Assembly (NCBI GenBank): GCA_964610765.1
Contig: CAZSWS010000014.1
Span: 1-46,977 of the forward strand
Source: an uncultured Parabacteroides sp.
GTDB taxonomy: Bacteria; Bacteroidota; Bacteroidia; Bacteroidales; Tannerellaceae
Direction: 5' to 3'
Length of the DNA: 46,977 nt
Part shown: positions 20,995-29,808 of the stretch, piece after piece
How positions within the stretch are numbered: position 1 is the first letter of the stretch
Layout of the letters: each line of letters begins with the position of its first letter
Translations under genes and position numbers: made by a program
Notes under the pieces: generated by a model
Seen by the model: the letters and a program-made list of their open reading frames with translations, nothing else
The model's database searches: none
Told to the model about the DNA's origin: nothing

Positions 20995-23016
20995 ATGAAA
21001 AATAAAATAAAAAAGCAATTCTCAAAAATAGCAGCAACCTTAATCGTTTGTTTTAGCTGCTGTTTTCAGTCATGCGATTTCCTTGATATAGACCCCTATA
21101 TAGCAGACTTATTTACATTAGACACCGTATTTAAAAAGAAGGAGTATACCGAGAAATATTTAAATAATATTTACTCATATCTTGTTGACTATGGATCAGC
21201 AAGTGCCTGGACACCTAATTCAATGCCCTACTCACTAATTACGGATGAAGGAATCGCTGGATACAAAAGACACACACACAACTATAACTACTTCTGCAAC
21301 AACGAAATGAAAGCAGAAAGCTTGGAAAACTTTGACCGTTGGGATTATTTTTATGAAGGAATTCGAAAAGCTAACACCTTTATTCTACGAGTTAATGAAT
21401 GTCAAGAGGTTTCAGCCTTACAACGATCTGAATGGATGGGAGAGGCTAAGTTTATCAAAGCAAATCTATACTTTGAATTAATGCTTGCACATGGTCCAAT
21501 CCCTATTGTACCGGATGAACCCGTAAGCTTTGATACTCCTATAGAACAAATGATGCTTGAGCGAAATACTTGGGATGAATGCAATGATTATGTGAGCAAT
21601 CTTTTAGAAGAATCGATCAAACTCCTACCTTACAGTATTAGAGATAATTCACAAATGGGAAAACCAACAAAAGCTTCTGCTATGGCTGTCCTTTCCCGAC
21701 TTACATTATATACAGCTAGCCCTTTATACAACGGACAAAACTCCGAGTTCTCCAACTTTAGAAATGAAGCAGGTATACCTTATCTAAATCCGGAAAAAAA
21801 CATGGAAAAATGGGCTATTGCAGCTGCTAATGCTAAACGATTATTAACCGATTCTAATTACGAGAACCTTTCTCTTTACACGGTACCTAAAATGGAGAAT
21901 ACACCTCTGCCTCCTGTTCCAGGACATGAACAAGCAGACTTCCCAAACGGTGTAGGAGGAATTGACCCCTATCATTCATATGCTGACATGTTTAACGGAG
22001 AATGCGTCTTGGCTTCAACTAATCTGGAAATATTATTTTCTAAGCAAAATGGCACGACAGGCACCCGCTATAGCATTCCCGGGATGATAGATGGCTGGGG
22101 AGTATTTTTCATTCCACAAAGTCTAGTTGACGCATATTACATGGTAGATGGTAGAGACATTAGCGATGCTAGCGATAAATATCCTTACGAAAATGGCTTC
22201 ACAAACAATGAAGTCACTTTTTCCGGCGCAAAAGATGGGAATGGCTTCACCATATTAAGCGAAACCTATAAATGGTATGTCAATAGAGAAATGCGTTTTT
22301 ATGCAACCATAGGATACAACAATTCATATTATCCATCAACATCTACTCCACCGGACAAAATAGACCAGCAAGATGGAAAAATTGCAAAGTTTTACAGAGA
22401 CTCTAAAGGGGGAAAAGACTATGCCTTAAACCGTCCATCAGGTGAGGCAGAAGAATATCCTATGACCGGATATCTATGTCGCAAGTTCGTTCATTATGAA
22501 GACTCCTATATTTCTGGAGGACGCGAAAAAACAAAATACACCATCTCTTATCGTTTAGCCGAGGTATATATGAATTATGTTGAAGCTATGAACGAATTAG
22601 ATCAATCATATACTATTGGGGAAATTACTGTATCTAGAGATGTACAAGAAATAAAAAAATACTTCAATAGAGTAAGATACAGGGTTGGTTTACCCGGTAT
22701 AACCGATGCTGATGTCGCCAATGTTGAAAGAATGAGAGAGCTTATAGAACGTGAACGAAGAATTGAATTTGCATGGGAAAGTCGACGATACCATGATTTA
22801 CGTCGTACAAAAAGAGCTATTATTTTCGAGAATGCACCAATTACCGGCTGTGACGTAGATGTAACAACGGCTAATCCTGAAGCTTACTACAACATCATAC
22901 AGGTGAAAGAACGGAACTGGATTTACAAAGTATTTACCAACAGGCAAACGTTTCTTCCTATTCCTAAAAGAGAAGTAGATAAAAACAGGAAACTAGATCA
23001 AATGCCCGGTTTCTAA
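20995..23016 (+). CDS. SusD/RagB-family nutrient-binding outer-membrane lipoprotein.
   Basis: 673 aa. The lipobox is CFSCCFQSC. The all-alpha/TPR-like composition fits SusD-like proteins. It lies immediately downstream of SusC. Confidence 0.85.
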   Translation: MKNKIKKQFSKIAATLIVCFSCCFQSCDFLDIDPYIADLFTLDTVFKKKEYTEKYLNNIYSYLVDYGSASAWTPNSMPYSLITDEGIAGYKRHTHNYNYFCNNEMKAESLENFDRWDYFYEGIRKANTFILRVNECQEVSALQRSEWMGEAKFIKANLYFELMLAHGPIPIVPDEPVSFDTPIEQMMLERNTWDECNDYVSNLLEESIKLLPYSIRDNSQMGKPTKASAMAVLSRLTLYTASPLYNGQNSEFSNFRNEAGIPYLNPEKNMEKWAIAAANAKRLLTDSNYENLSLYTVPKMENTPLPPVPGHEQADFPNGVGGIDPYHSYADMFNGECVLASTNLEILFSKQNGTTGTRYSIPGMIDGWGVFFIPQSLVDAYYMVDGRDISDASDKYPYENGFTNNEVTFSGAKDGNGFTILSETYKWYVNREMRFYATIGYNNSYYPSTSTPPDKIDQQDGKIAKFYRDSKGGKDYALNRPSGEAEEYPMTGYLCRKFVHYEDSYISGGREKTKYTISYRLAEVYMNYVEAMNELDQSYTIGEITVSRDVQEIKKYFNRVRYRVGLPGITDADVANVERMRELIERERRIEFAWESRRYHDLRRTKRAIIFENAPITGCDVDVTTANPEAYYNIIQVKERNWIYKVFTNRQTFLPIPKREVDKNRKLDQMPGF

Positions 23017-23049
23017 AGCACATATGATAAACTCTAAAAAAACAATTCT

Positions 23050-23946
23050 ATGAAACTACATATTTTTAAAATCGCTATTTTCTTCTTAGCACTAGGAGTT
23101 TTTGCTTCATGTGACAGCAATCCTGTTGTCGATTTTGGAGAGCAGTATAAAAAGACCATCTATATTGTAAACTCAAGGGGAATGCTGTATAGTCAAGAGC
23201 ATTTTTACGACAATGAAGAAGGTGTTATTGAGATATCTGTTTACTGTGGTTCATCAGAACCCATTAAAAAAGACATCAATGTCACACTTAAAATCAACCC
23301 GGAAGCCTTAGACTCACTAAACAAGTTAAATTCCCTAGGAGATCCTTTATATGTCAATAAGACTATATTACCAGAAAGCCACTATGACTTTTCAAAAGGA
23401 ACTGTTACAATAAAGGCTAAAACGCAATATACACCACTCCAAATACCGATTATTACCAAAGGACTTGATGCGGATATTACGTATACTTTACCCATATCAA
23501 TTGTTTCTAATGATGCAAACTATGATATCAATCCTGAATTAAAAACAATCATATACGAGCTTAGAATGGTAAATGGATATTCCGGTAGTTTTAGTGGAAG
23601 TTCGACAGAACTACCTAAGACTATACGCTCAGTTCAGCCGACATTGAAAGCTATTTCTTCTAACACAGTACGCATGCCAATACATAACTTATCATCTAAC
23701 ATTCAAAACTTAGATACGAACTTTATGTTATTAACTATTGGAAGTGATAGTACAAGCGTCAGCATCTCTCCTTGGAAAAATGCTAAAGTCACAGATTTGG
23801 GAGGAAGCACCTTTGACAAGAAACGAAGAAATTATACCTTAAATTATTCTTTTGAGAACAAAGATGGGGTAGCTTTATCAATTCTTGAAAAAATATCTGA
23901 TATAAACTATACGGATCCTGACGAAGAAGAAGAAATTGATGAATAA
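23050..23946 (+). CDS. PUL-associated surface lipoprotein (SusE/F-position; DUF1735-like beta-sandwich).
   Basis: 298 aa. The lipobox is VFASCDSN. The body is beta-rich and the C-terminal tail is acidic (DPDEEEEIDE). Its position after SusD supports the call; the family assignment is tentative. Confidence 0.4.
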   Translation: MKLHIFKIAIFFLALGVFASCDSNPVVDFGEQYKKTIYIVNSRGMLYSQEHFYDNEEGVIEISVYCGSSEPIKKDINVTLKINPEALDSLNKLNSLGDPLYVNKTILPESHYDFSKGTVTIKAKTQYTPLQIPIITKGLDADITYTLPISIVSNDANYDINPELKTIIYELRMVNGYSGSFSGSSTELPKTIRSVQPTLKAISSNTVRMPIHNLSSNIQNLDTNFMLLTIGSDSTSVSISPWKNAKVTDLGGSTFDKKRRNYTLNYSFENKDGVALSILEKISDINYTDPDEEEEIDE

Positions 23947-24048
23947 AAATTATCCCCATCAATAGAAGTATCACACTCTTTTCACTATAAAAATTGTTGG
24001 TGATATACACAGATTATTCCTGATAAGTTTAAAGTATATATTTTAACT

Positions 24049-26223
24049 TTGAATCTTATCAGGAATAACTTATTTCATCATATGCCATCGGGCAGAAAGA
24101 CATTTCTTATTTTTTTAACCACATTAAGCTTTGCAGATATGAAAAAAAGATTACCAATTTCACTCATTGTTTTCTCTCTCATAAGTATCACCCAACTACT
24201 AGCCTTATCCATCAACAACACCCCCGACTATAAGCAGCCTGTTTATCATCTTTCCAACCTAGCAGTATCCATGGATGGCTACGATAATGAAATACGAACT
24301 GGGATTAGAATTTTAAAAGACGAGTGGACTTTAGAAGCTTGGGTAAAAGGAGATGATAAAAGCTGGAAAGAATATGAAGTTATCATTGGAGGGGGTGAAT
24401 ACAGCGAATTAAATTCTTGTGACAACATGCCTCTTGTACTGAAAGAAGGAAAATTACATTGCAAGGGGGCTAATATTTCCGCCTCTACGGTACTAGATGA
24501 TCAATGGCATCATATTGCTGCAAGTTGTGATGGCAAACAAACCACACTTTTTCTTGATGGGACAATAGTAGCTCAAGCGGATACAGCTATAGCAATCCTT
24601 CCTGGCGCGATAGGCTCAAACAAAAAAGGACAAACTTGGGGAGGTTTAATTGACGAGGTTAGAATCTGGGACACAGCCTTATCTCAAGCAATACTCAAAA
24701 AGTGGAAAAACAAATCACTAGAAGCTAGCCATCTACATATAAATAACTTAATCGCATATTATCCTTTTGATGACTTTAAAGATGAATTATCTATTAACTG
24801 GGTTGGTCAAGGTCATCAATCATATCATATTCGTAATGGAAGAATAGACTTTTACGGTTCACTTTCCAAAGCATATACAGTAGTTAATGACAATCCTCAG
24901 TTCATCCCTTATAAAGGCAATCAAACAGTATTTAATGCTGTCAGTGTTAATAGTGAGTGGGATGTAGACCAAAATGCTAAGGACTGTCAGATAATCAAAT
25001 TAAGAATAGCTGTCAATGGAAATGACAACCCCCTAAAACTAACTAAAGTAGTTCTCGATTTATCAGAAAACACGTCATTAAACGATATTTCTAAGATTCA
25101 TTTATATCAAACCGGAAAATATCCAAATTCGAAAGAGAGAAATAAATTATGTGGTACAGGTGTATATCCCGGCAGAAAAAAAACACTTGAAATAAATCCG
25201 AGTGAAAACACTTACTTATCACAAGGCATTAACTATTTCTTAATCACATTTGACATAGATAAAAAAGCTAAAATCAATAATACTATTCATGCATCTATTT
25301 CCTCATTCACTCTAAACAACAAAACATATATTCCAGAAAAAGACCACGATTTTATCAAACAAAAAGTGGTAAAAAACAGTAGCGAAGATGCTAATATTCT
25401 GAAGGTTTTACAGTGGAATATATGGCATGGGGGTGTACATTTAGGTAAACATCAAGGAAGAGAACGCATTATAGATTTGATACAAAAAACGAATGCTGAT
25501 ATCATAACAATGCAAGAAGGCTATGGTGCACAAGATACAATCGCCTCATCAATCGGTTTCTACCTACAAACTAACTCCCCTAAAGACAATTTGGCACTTC
25601 TTAGCAGATATCCTATTAAACAACGTATTATATCAGAAGAGCCATTCAAATCAAACCCTGCAATTATTTCATTACCAAATAACAAACGTATATTAGTTAA
25701 CGATTGTTGGCTACGCTACTCCCATAATCCGGAATATACAAGTTTATATGCAAGCAACGGGTTAGATCCAGACTTATGGATCAGAGAAGATTCTCTCCTA
25801 CCTTTAGTTGATATCAAGAACCTAATAAGCAAAGATATAGAACCTTATATGGAAGAACATGACATGCCTATTATTATTGGAGGTGATTTTAATTCCGGGA
25901 GCCATTTAGACTGGACTGAAAAAGCCAAACATCTCCATAACGGTTATGGTCCTGTGAATCTTCCTGTATCTCAACACCTAGTATCTGAAGGATTTAAGGA
26001 TAGTTTCAGAGAAGCATACCCTGATGAAGTTTATTATCAAGGGGGAACATTTGCTGTAATTTTTGGACAGCTGCAAGACTCTAGGATAGACTACATCTAT
26101 TACAAAGGGAAAGGCATGAAAGTTCTTGCATCTAAGATTATCCGTTCATCATACGAAATTGATGATGTATGGGCATCTGATCATGCTGCTGTTATTACTG
26201 TTTTTGACACAAGCGAAAAATAA
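24049..26223 (+). CDS. Secreted LamG-like lectin domain fused to an endonuclease/exonuclease/phosphatase (EEP) family phosphoesterase.
   Basis: 724 aa; the probable true start is MKKRLPISLIVFSL at 24139, which has a signal peptide. The N-terminal segment WTLEAWVK...LFLDGTIVAQAD...DEVRIWDTALSQ matches the LamG/ConA-like fold. The C-terminal LKVLQWNIWHGG, DIITMQEGYG, GGDFNSGSHLDW and WASDHAAV match EEP catalytic motifs. Confidence 0.65.
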   Translation: MNLIRNNLFHHMPSGRKTFLIFLTTLSFADMKKRLPISLIVFSLISITQLLALSINNTPDYKQPVYHLSNLAVSMDGYDNEIRTGIRILKDEWTLEAWVKGDDKSWKEYEVIIGGGEYSELNSCDNMPLVLKEGKLHCKGANISASTVLDDQWHHIAASCDGKQTTLFLDGTIVAQADTAIAILPGAIGSNKKGQTWGGLIDEVRIWDTALSQAILKKWKNKSLEASHLHINNLIAYYPFDDFKDELSINWVGQGHQSYHIRNGRIDFYGSLSKAYTVVNDNPQFIPYKGNQTVFNAVSVNSEWDVDQNAKDCQIIKLRIAVNGNDNPLKLTKVVLDLSENTSLNDISKIHLYQTGKYPNSKERNKLCGTGVYPGRKKTLEINPSENTYLSQGINYFLITFDIDKKAKINNTIHASISSFTLNNKTYIPEKDHDFIKQKVVKNSSEDANILKVLQWNIWHGGVHLGKHQGRERIIDLIQKTNADIITMQEGYGAQDTIASSIGFYLQTNSPKDNLALLSRYPIKQRIISEEPFKSNPAIISLPNNKRILVNDCWLRYSHNPEYTSLYASNGLDPDLWIREDSLLPLVDIKNLISKDIEPYMEEHDMPIIIGGDFNSGSHLDWTEKAKHLHNGYGPVNLPVSQHLVSEGFKDSFREAYPDEVYYQGGTFAVIFGQLQDSRIDYIYYKGKGMKVLASKIIRSSYEIDDVWASDHAAVITVFDTSEK

Positions 26224-26284
26224 TTTCAGTAAGTTCCCTTGGAAAACATAATCAACCTATCATAAAAGACTAAAAAGAGAGTAA

Positions 26285-26377
26285 AACGGCACAGCCCAAA
26301 AAGGGGTCATCGTTAATGCATTTGTCAAAGTAACTGTTGGGTCGGGGAAGCATCAGTTACTGATTGAGGGGAGGTGA
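26285..26377 (+). repeat. Copy B of the 93-bp perfect direct repeat. It is an orphan duplicate of the GH78 3' end.
   Basis: Identical to 16050..16142. It lies in the convergent intergenic space 44 bp from the BCCT stop codon. Confidence 0.9.
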
Positions 26378-26421
26378 GGATTATCGGATTAATATAAGGG
26401 AGACCTTATAAAGTATGGGAT

Positions 26422-28443
26422 TTATCTCCTGCTGTCGATGACTAAAAGTTCGTTTTTATCGTCAGATATCAGGCTGATGAATCGCTCGTATTCTCTAAGC
26501 ACATCAATAATTACTTCCTCCTTGGTCATATATTGGATATCGTTTCCTTTGCGTCCATCGTTGAAGTACGTAATGGGGATATAGACCTTTCCCGCCTCAA
26601 CATCCGGTGTGTTATCATCATCAATCAGATACTCGGAAATAGTTTGACGCTCTGCAACTACTCCATAGCGGAAATTGCGTATTTTATCATGCTTGATGAA
26701 TAGCTCTATGGACAAATCGGTGTTTTTCCCAAGAATGATTTTTGATTCTATATTATTCAAAGACAGTTCTTTTTGTAATTCTTCAAAAGCATCTTTAACT
26801 GTTTCACCTAAAAAGGTGCGTACATCTTTCTTTTCCGAAAAAGTAAGTATTCTATTTAATCGCTCTTTCCATTTGCTTGCATCCCAGCTCATGCTTCCAT
26901 ACGGCAACTTAGTATTATGAAACAGATGGTCTATTTGCAATGCTTTCCACAAACAATAGCAAAGCAGCAACATGATTAACCCAAACGGCAAGGCGGAAAT
27001 TAGCGTCATAGTTTGCAAAGAGGGAAGTCCGCCTGATCGTAGCAGAGCCAATGAAAGAATCACCAATAAGAATCCCCAAAAGACATTTTGCCATTTAGGT
27101 GTTTCTCTTTTTCCTCCGGACGAGATACTATTCATTACCAGTATACCTGAATCGGCTGAAGTAACAAAAAAGACTGCAATCATCAATATCGCTAGGACAT
27201 TAAGAACCGATGTTAATGGGAAATACTCAAAAAATCGGAACAATAAAATATCTGTATTGTCTGCCATCTGACTAAGCGCTCCATTTCCTACATATTTGTC
27301 AATCCATACAGCACTGCTACCAAATACCGTCATCCATATAAAGTTAAACAAGGAAGGAACCAGCAAAACAGCAACAATATATTCTCGTATAGTTCGCCCT
27401 TTCGAGATGCGGGCTATAAATAAGCCCACAAAAGGAGCCCACGATATCCACCATGCCCAATACAAAATAGTCCAGCCTGAAAACCACTCTTGCGCCTCTG
27501 TTTCATAAGCAAACGTATTGAATGTCAAGCTAGGCAAGTTGCTGATATAATATCCGATTCCTTCACTGAAGGTACTTAGTATATAGATGGTAGGTCCCAT
27601 CAACAAAATGAAAATCATTAAGATACCGGCAAGATACATATTCAACTCACTCAACCGCTTGATACCTTTATCAACCCCGGTCAGGGCAGAGGTTACTGCA
27701 ATAGCCATCACTACGACCACAATCATCGCCTGAAATGTAAAACTAATTTCAGGCACAACGCCAATACTTTTCAAACCGGCATTCAACTGAACCACACCAA
27801 ACCCCAACGTAGTAGCAATACCAAAAAACGTACTACACAAAGCAAACGTATCAACGACATTACCAACGGGACCATATATTTTATCTTTCAACAAGGGGTA
27901 CAACCCACTCCGTATAGCTAAAGGCAACTTATACCTATAAGCAAAATAGGCTAATACCAAGCCCATCACAGCATAAATTGCCCACGCATGTATCCCCCAG
28001 TGGAAAAATGTGTATAATTGAGCTTCTTTGGCACGAAGTGCTGTATCTTCTATCGCCGGATGCGCATAGTGAGAGATAGTTTCAGCCACACCAAAATACA
28101 TCAATCCAATCCCCATCCCTGCGGCAAAAAGCATGGCTATCCACGAGAAAAAGCTATACTTCGGTCTGGAATCATCAGAACCCAGCCTAATATTCCCTAA
28201 TTTACTAAGGGCTATTATGATTAGAAAAAGGATGAATATGGTTGTTAGAAGCACATACACCCAATTTAGATTTTTAGAAAAATACGTTTGAATAACCGTG
28301 AGCAACTCATTGGCCTTCTGAGGGAAAATAAAACAATAAAGTGAGATAAGTAGAATCACTATCAATCCGGGTAGGGCGACTGATTTTGTAAATGTTGTTT
28401 TAAAAAAAAGGGCTTCTTTCAGTTTCTTTATTAATTTCATCAT
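26422..28443 (-). CDS. BCCT-family (betaine/carnitine/choline) transporter.
   Basis: 673 aa polytopic membrane protein. The Trp-rich signature WTILYWAWWISWAPFVGLFIARISKGRTIREY is typical of BCCT transporters. A long cytoplasmic C-terminal extension is present. Confidence 0.85.
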   Translation of the reverse strand: MMKLIKKLKEALFFKTTFTKSVALPGLIVILLISLYCFIFPQKANELLTVIQTYFSKNLNWVYVLLTTIFILFLIIIALSKLGNIRLGSDDSRPKYSFFSWIAMLFAAGMGIGLMYFGVAETISHYAHPAIEDTALRAKEAQLYTFFHWGIHAWAIYAVMGLVLAYFAYRYKLPLAIRSGLYPLLKDKIYGPVGNVVDTFALCSTFFGIATTLGFGVVQLNAGLKSIGVVPEISFTFQAMIVVVVMAIAVTSALTGVDKGIKRLSELNMYLAGILMIFILLMGPTIYILSTFSEGIGYYISNLPSLTFNTFAYETEAQEWFSGWTILYWAWWISWAPFVGLFIARISKGRTIREYIVAVLLVPSLFNFIWMTVFGSSAVWIDKYVGNGALSQMADNTDILLFRFFEYFPLTSVLNVLAILMIAVFFVTSADSGILVMNSISSGGKRETPKWQNVFWGFLLVILSLALLRSGGLPSLQTMTLISALPFGLIMLLLCYCLWKALQIDHLFHNTKLPYGSMSWDASKWKERLNRILTFSEKKDVRTFLGETVKDAFEELQKELSLNNIESKIILGKNTDLSIELFIKHDKIRNFRYGVVAERQTISEYLIDDDNTPDVEAGKVYIPITYFNDGRKGNDIQYMTKEEVIIDVLREYERFISLISDDKNELLVIDSRR

Positions 28444-28489
28444 TCAAGTAAAATTTGTCTCGAGATATCTATTTATAAACCCACAGAAC

Positions 28490-28517
28490 CTTTATGCCTT
28501 ACCAAAAAGGCATAAAG
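28490..28517. promoter_or_regulatory. Perfect 11-bp inverted repeat (CTTTATGCCTT / AAGGCATAAAG) in the BCCT upstream region.
   Basis: Seen directly in the sequence. The arms are 28490-28500 and 28507-28517 with a 6-nt spacer, roughly 50-75 bp upstream of the BCCT start codon. It is a candidate operator or 5'-UTR hairpin. Confidence 0.3.
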
Positions 28518-28950
28518 AGGAGTATAAACTAGCTTACTAACCAAATATCTAAATGGAAGAAAATAGAAATGGGTTTGTGTAGTTTTCGAGAAATAAAAAG
28601 GATATTTTCTTCTATCCTCAATTCTTATAGATTCTCGTATGAAGTAGCAAATATATGCAAAAAATCAGGCACTGAAAAATGGAATCAATCTAAGAACAGG
28701 CTCAAAAAACCGTTTTAGACCCGTAAAACCAACGAATCATTTTTCAAAGTCAGGTGTATATTTTGCCCAGTAAGGAGCTTGCTAGGGGCTAATCACTCAC
28801 ACTAAAATCCACACATTCATGAGTGTTAAATACTCTATGAAACATTCAAAAACAAACGAATTCATCCAATACAACCAAAGCCCAAAACTGCCAAATTGAC
28901 AGCTCCAAGGACAAGAGCAACGCATTGACTAACAGCTGATTAAAAGCACT

Positions 28951-29094
28951 ATACCGTTTTATAAAAAAGACTATATTGAAATTCAAAAAAGACTATAGAC
29001 TTTTTAGTAAAACACTATACCCTTTTTAAGAAAAGTCTATAGTCTTTTTTCTCTGACACAATGGCAGTATTTTTATTTCTAAAAAAACGGTATT
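28951..29094. repeat. Nested inverted-repeat element. Outer arms are 10 bp and inner arms a perfect 20 bp, with internal direct repeats.
   Basis: The inner inverted repeat is AAAAAAGACTATAGACTTTT (28985-29004) against its reverse complement at 29031-29050. The outer pair is ATACCGTTTT (28951-28960) against AAAACGGTAT (29085-29094). AAAAAAGACTATA also occurs directly repeated at 28964, and CACTATACC(G/C)TTTT occurs twice. Confidence 0.5.
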
Positions 29095-29268
29095 CATATA
29101 AGCTTTTATCAGCTCATACGAACACCGTTCAATCAGTTTTTTTATGTTTATTAAAGTTTAATTTACAGAGAATAGCATTTCACCAGACCAAGGACAGATA
29201 TTTAAATCCATATAAACAATTAAAGAACATTTACTATCGGATACTCTCTGTTCCCCTCTGTAAAATGA

Positions 29269-29793
29269 TTATTCTAAAACCACCAGTTTATCTTGAAGAC
29301 TCACCTTATCACCATCTTTTACAAAAACCTCTTTGACTACTCCATCCACTGAAGCTTTAATTTCATTCTCCATCTTCATGGCGACCAGCACACATAATGC
29401 ATCGCCGGACTTCACTGCATCACCCGGTTTTACATATACTTTTTGTATCACGCCGGGCATGGGTGTTGTAACGACTTGTACGCCGGCATGACCGGCTTTT
29501 TCATGCGTTTGTCGGGTTTGTTCCAACTCATTCACCAAGTCAATATGATAGAGGTCTCCTCGATTAATCACCTCATACGAAGCACTATTCACACGCGTCA
29601 ACTGCACACCATTTGAGCGATTATCAATAATAACAGAGAAGAGAGAGTCTCCTCCTAAATTATAGTCTACTTCATATTCTTTACCGTTGACTAATACTTT
29701 TTTTATCGGTCCATCTTCAATAATCTCTATTTTATACTCTTTGTCCGGGAAGTCATCCACATGTGCATAATAGGTTGCTAAAGCTTTTTTCAT
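29269..29793 (-). CDS. Biotin carboxyl carrier protein (biotin/lipoyl-binding subunit of acyl-CoA carboxylase).
   Basis: 174 aa. The C-terminal biotinylation motif is [12 protein letters not shown], with the flanking hammerhead sequence [14 protein letters not shown]. Confidence 0.75.
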   Translation of the reverse strand: MKKALATYYAHVDDFPDKEYKIEIIEDGPIKKVLVNGKEYEVDYNLGGDSLFSVIIDNRSNGVQLTRVNSASYEVINRGDLYHIDLVNELEQTRQTHEKAGHAGVQVVTTPMPGVIQKVYVKPGDAVKSGDALCVLVAMKMENEIKASVDGVVKEVFVKDGDKVSLQDKLVVLE

Positions 29794-29808
29794 TTCGTCT
29801 GTCTCCTA

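Larger units (their letters stand above)
16143..26284 (+). mobile_element. 10.1-kb PUL-like cassette (16143..26284) bounded by the two 93-bp repeat copies. It may be an integrated element, though no recombinase gene is visible.
   Basis: The cassette is flanked by 93-bp perfect direct repeats, one of which completes a host gene. A 374-bp AT-rich leader sits at its left end. All five cargo genes are co-directional. No integrase or transposase ORF is present, so the calls of mobility and site-specific integration are inferential. Confidence 0.35.

Noticed and set aside
16143-26284. Calling the cassette a conjugative transposon, ICE or NBU-type mobilisable element.
   Set aside because: No integrase, excisionase, relaxase, mob or tra genes lie within or next to the repeats in this window. 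Only the repeat architecture suggests mobility, so I report it as an inferred integration event rather than a named element class.
29061-29336. 91-aa plus-strand ORF spanning the intergenic repeat region and the 3' end of the biotin carrier gene.
   Set aside because: It overlaps the well-supported minus-strand gene and the AT-rich repeat. It has no motifs and is likely spurious.
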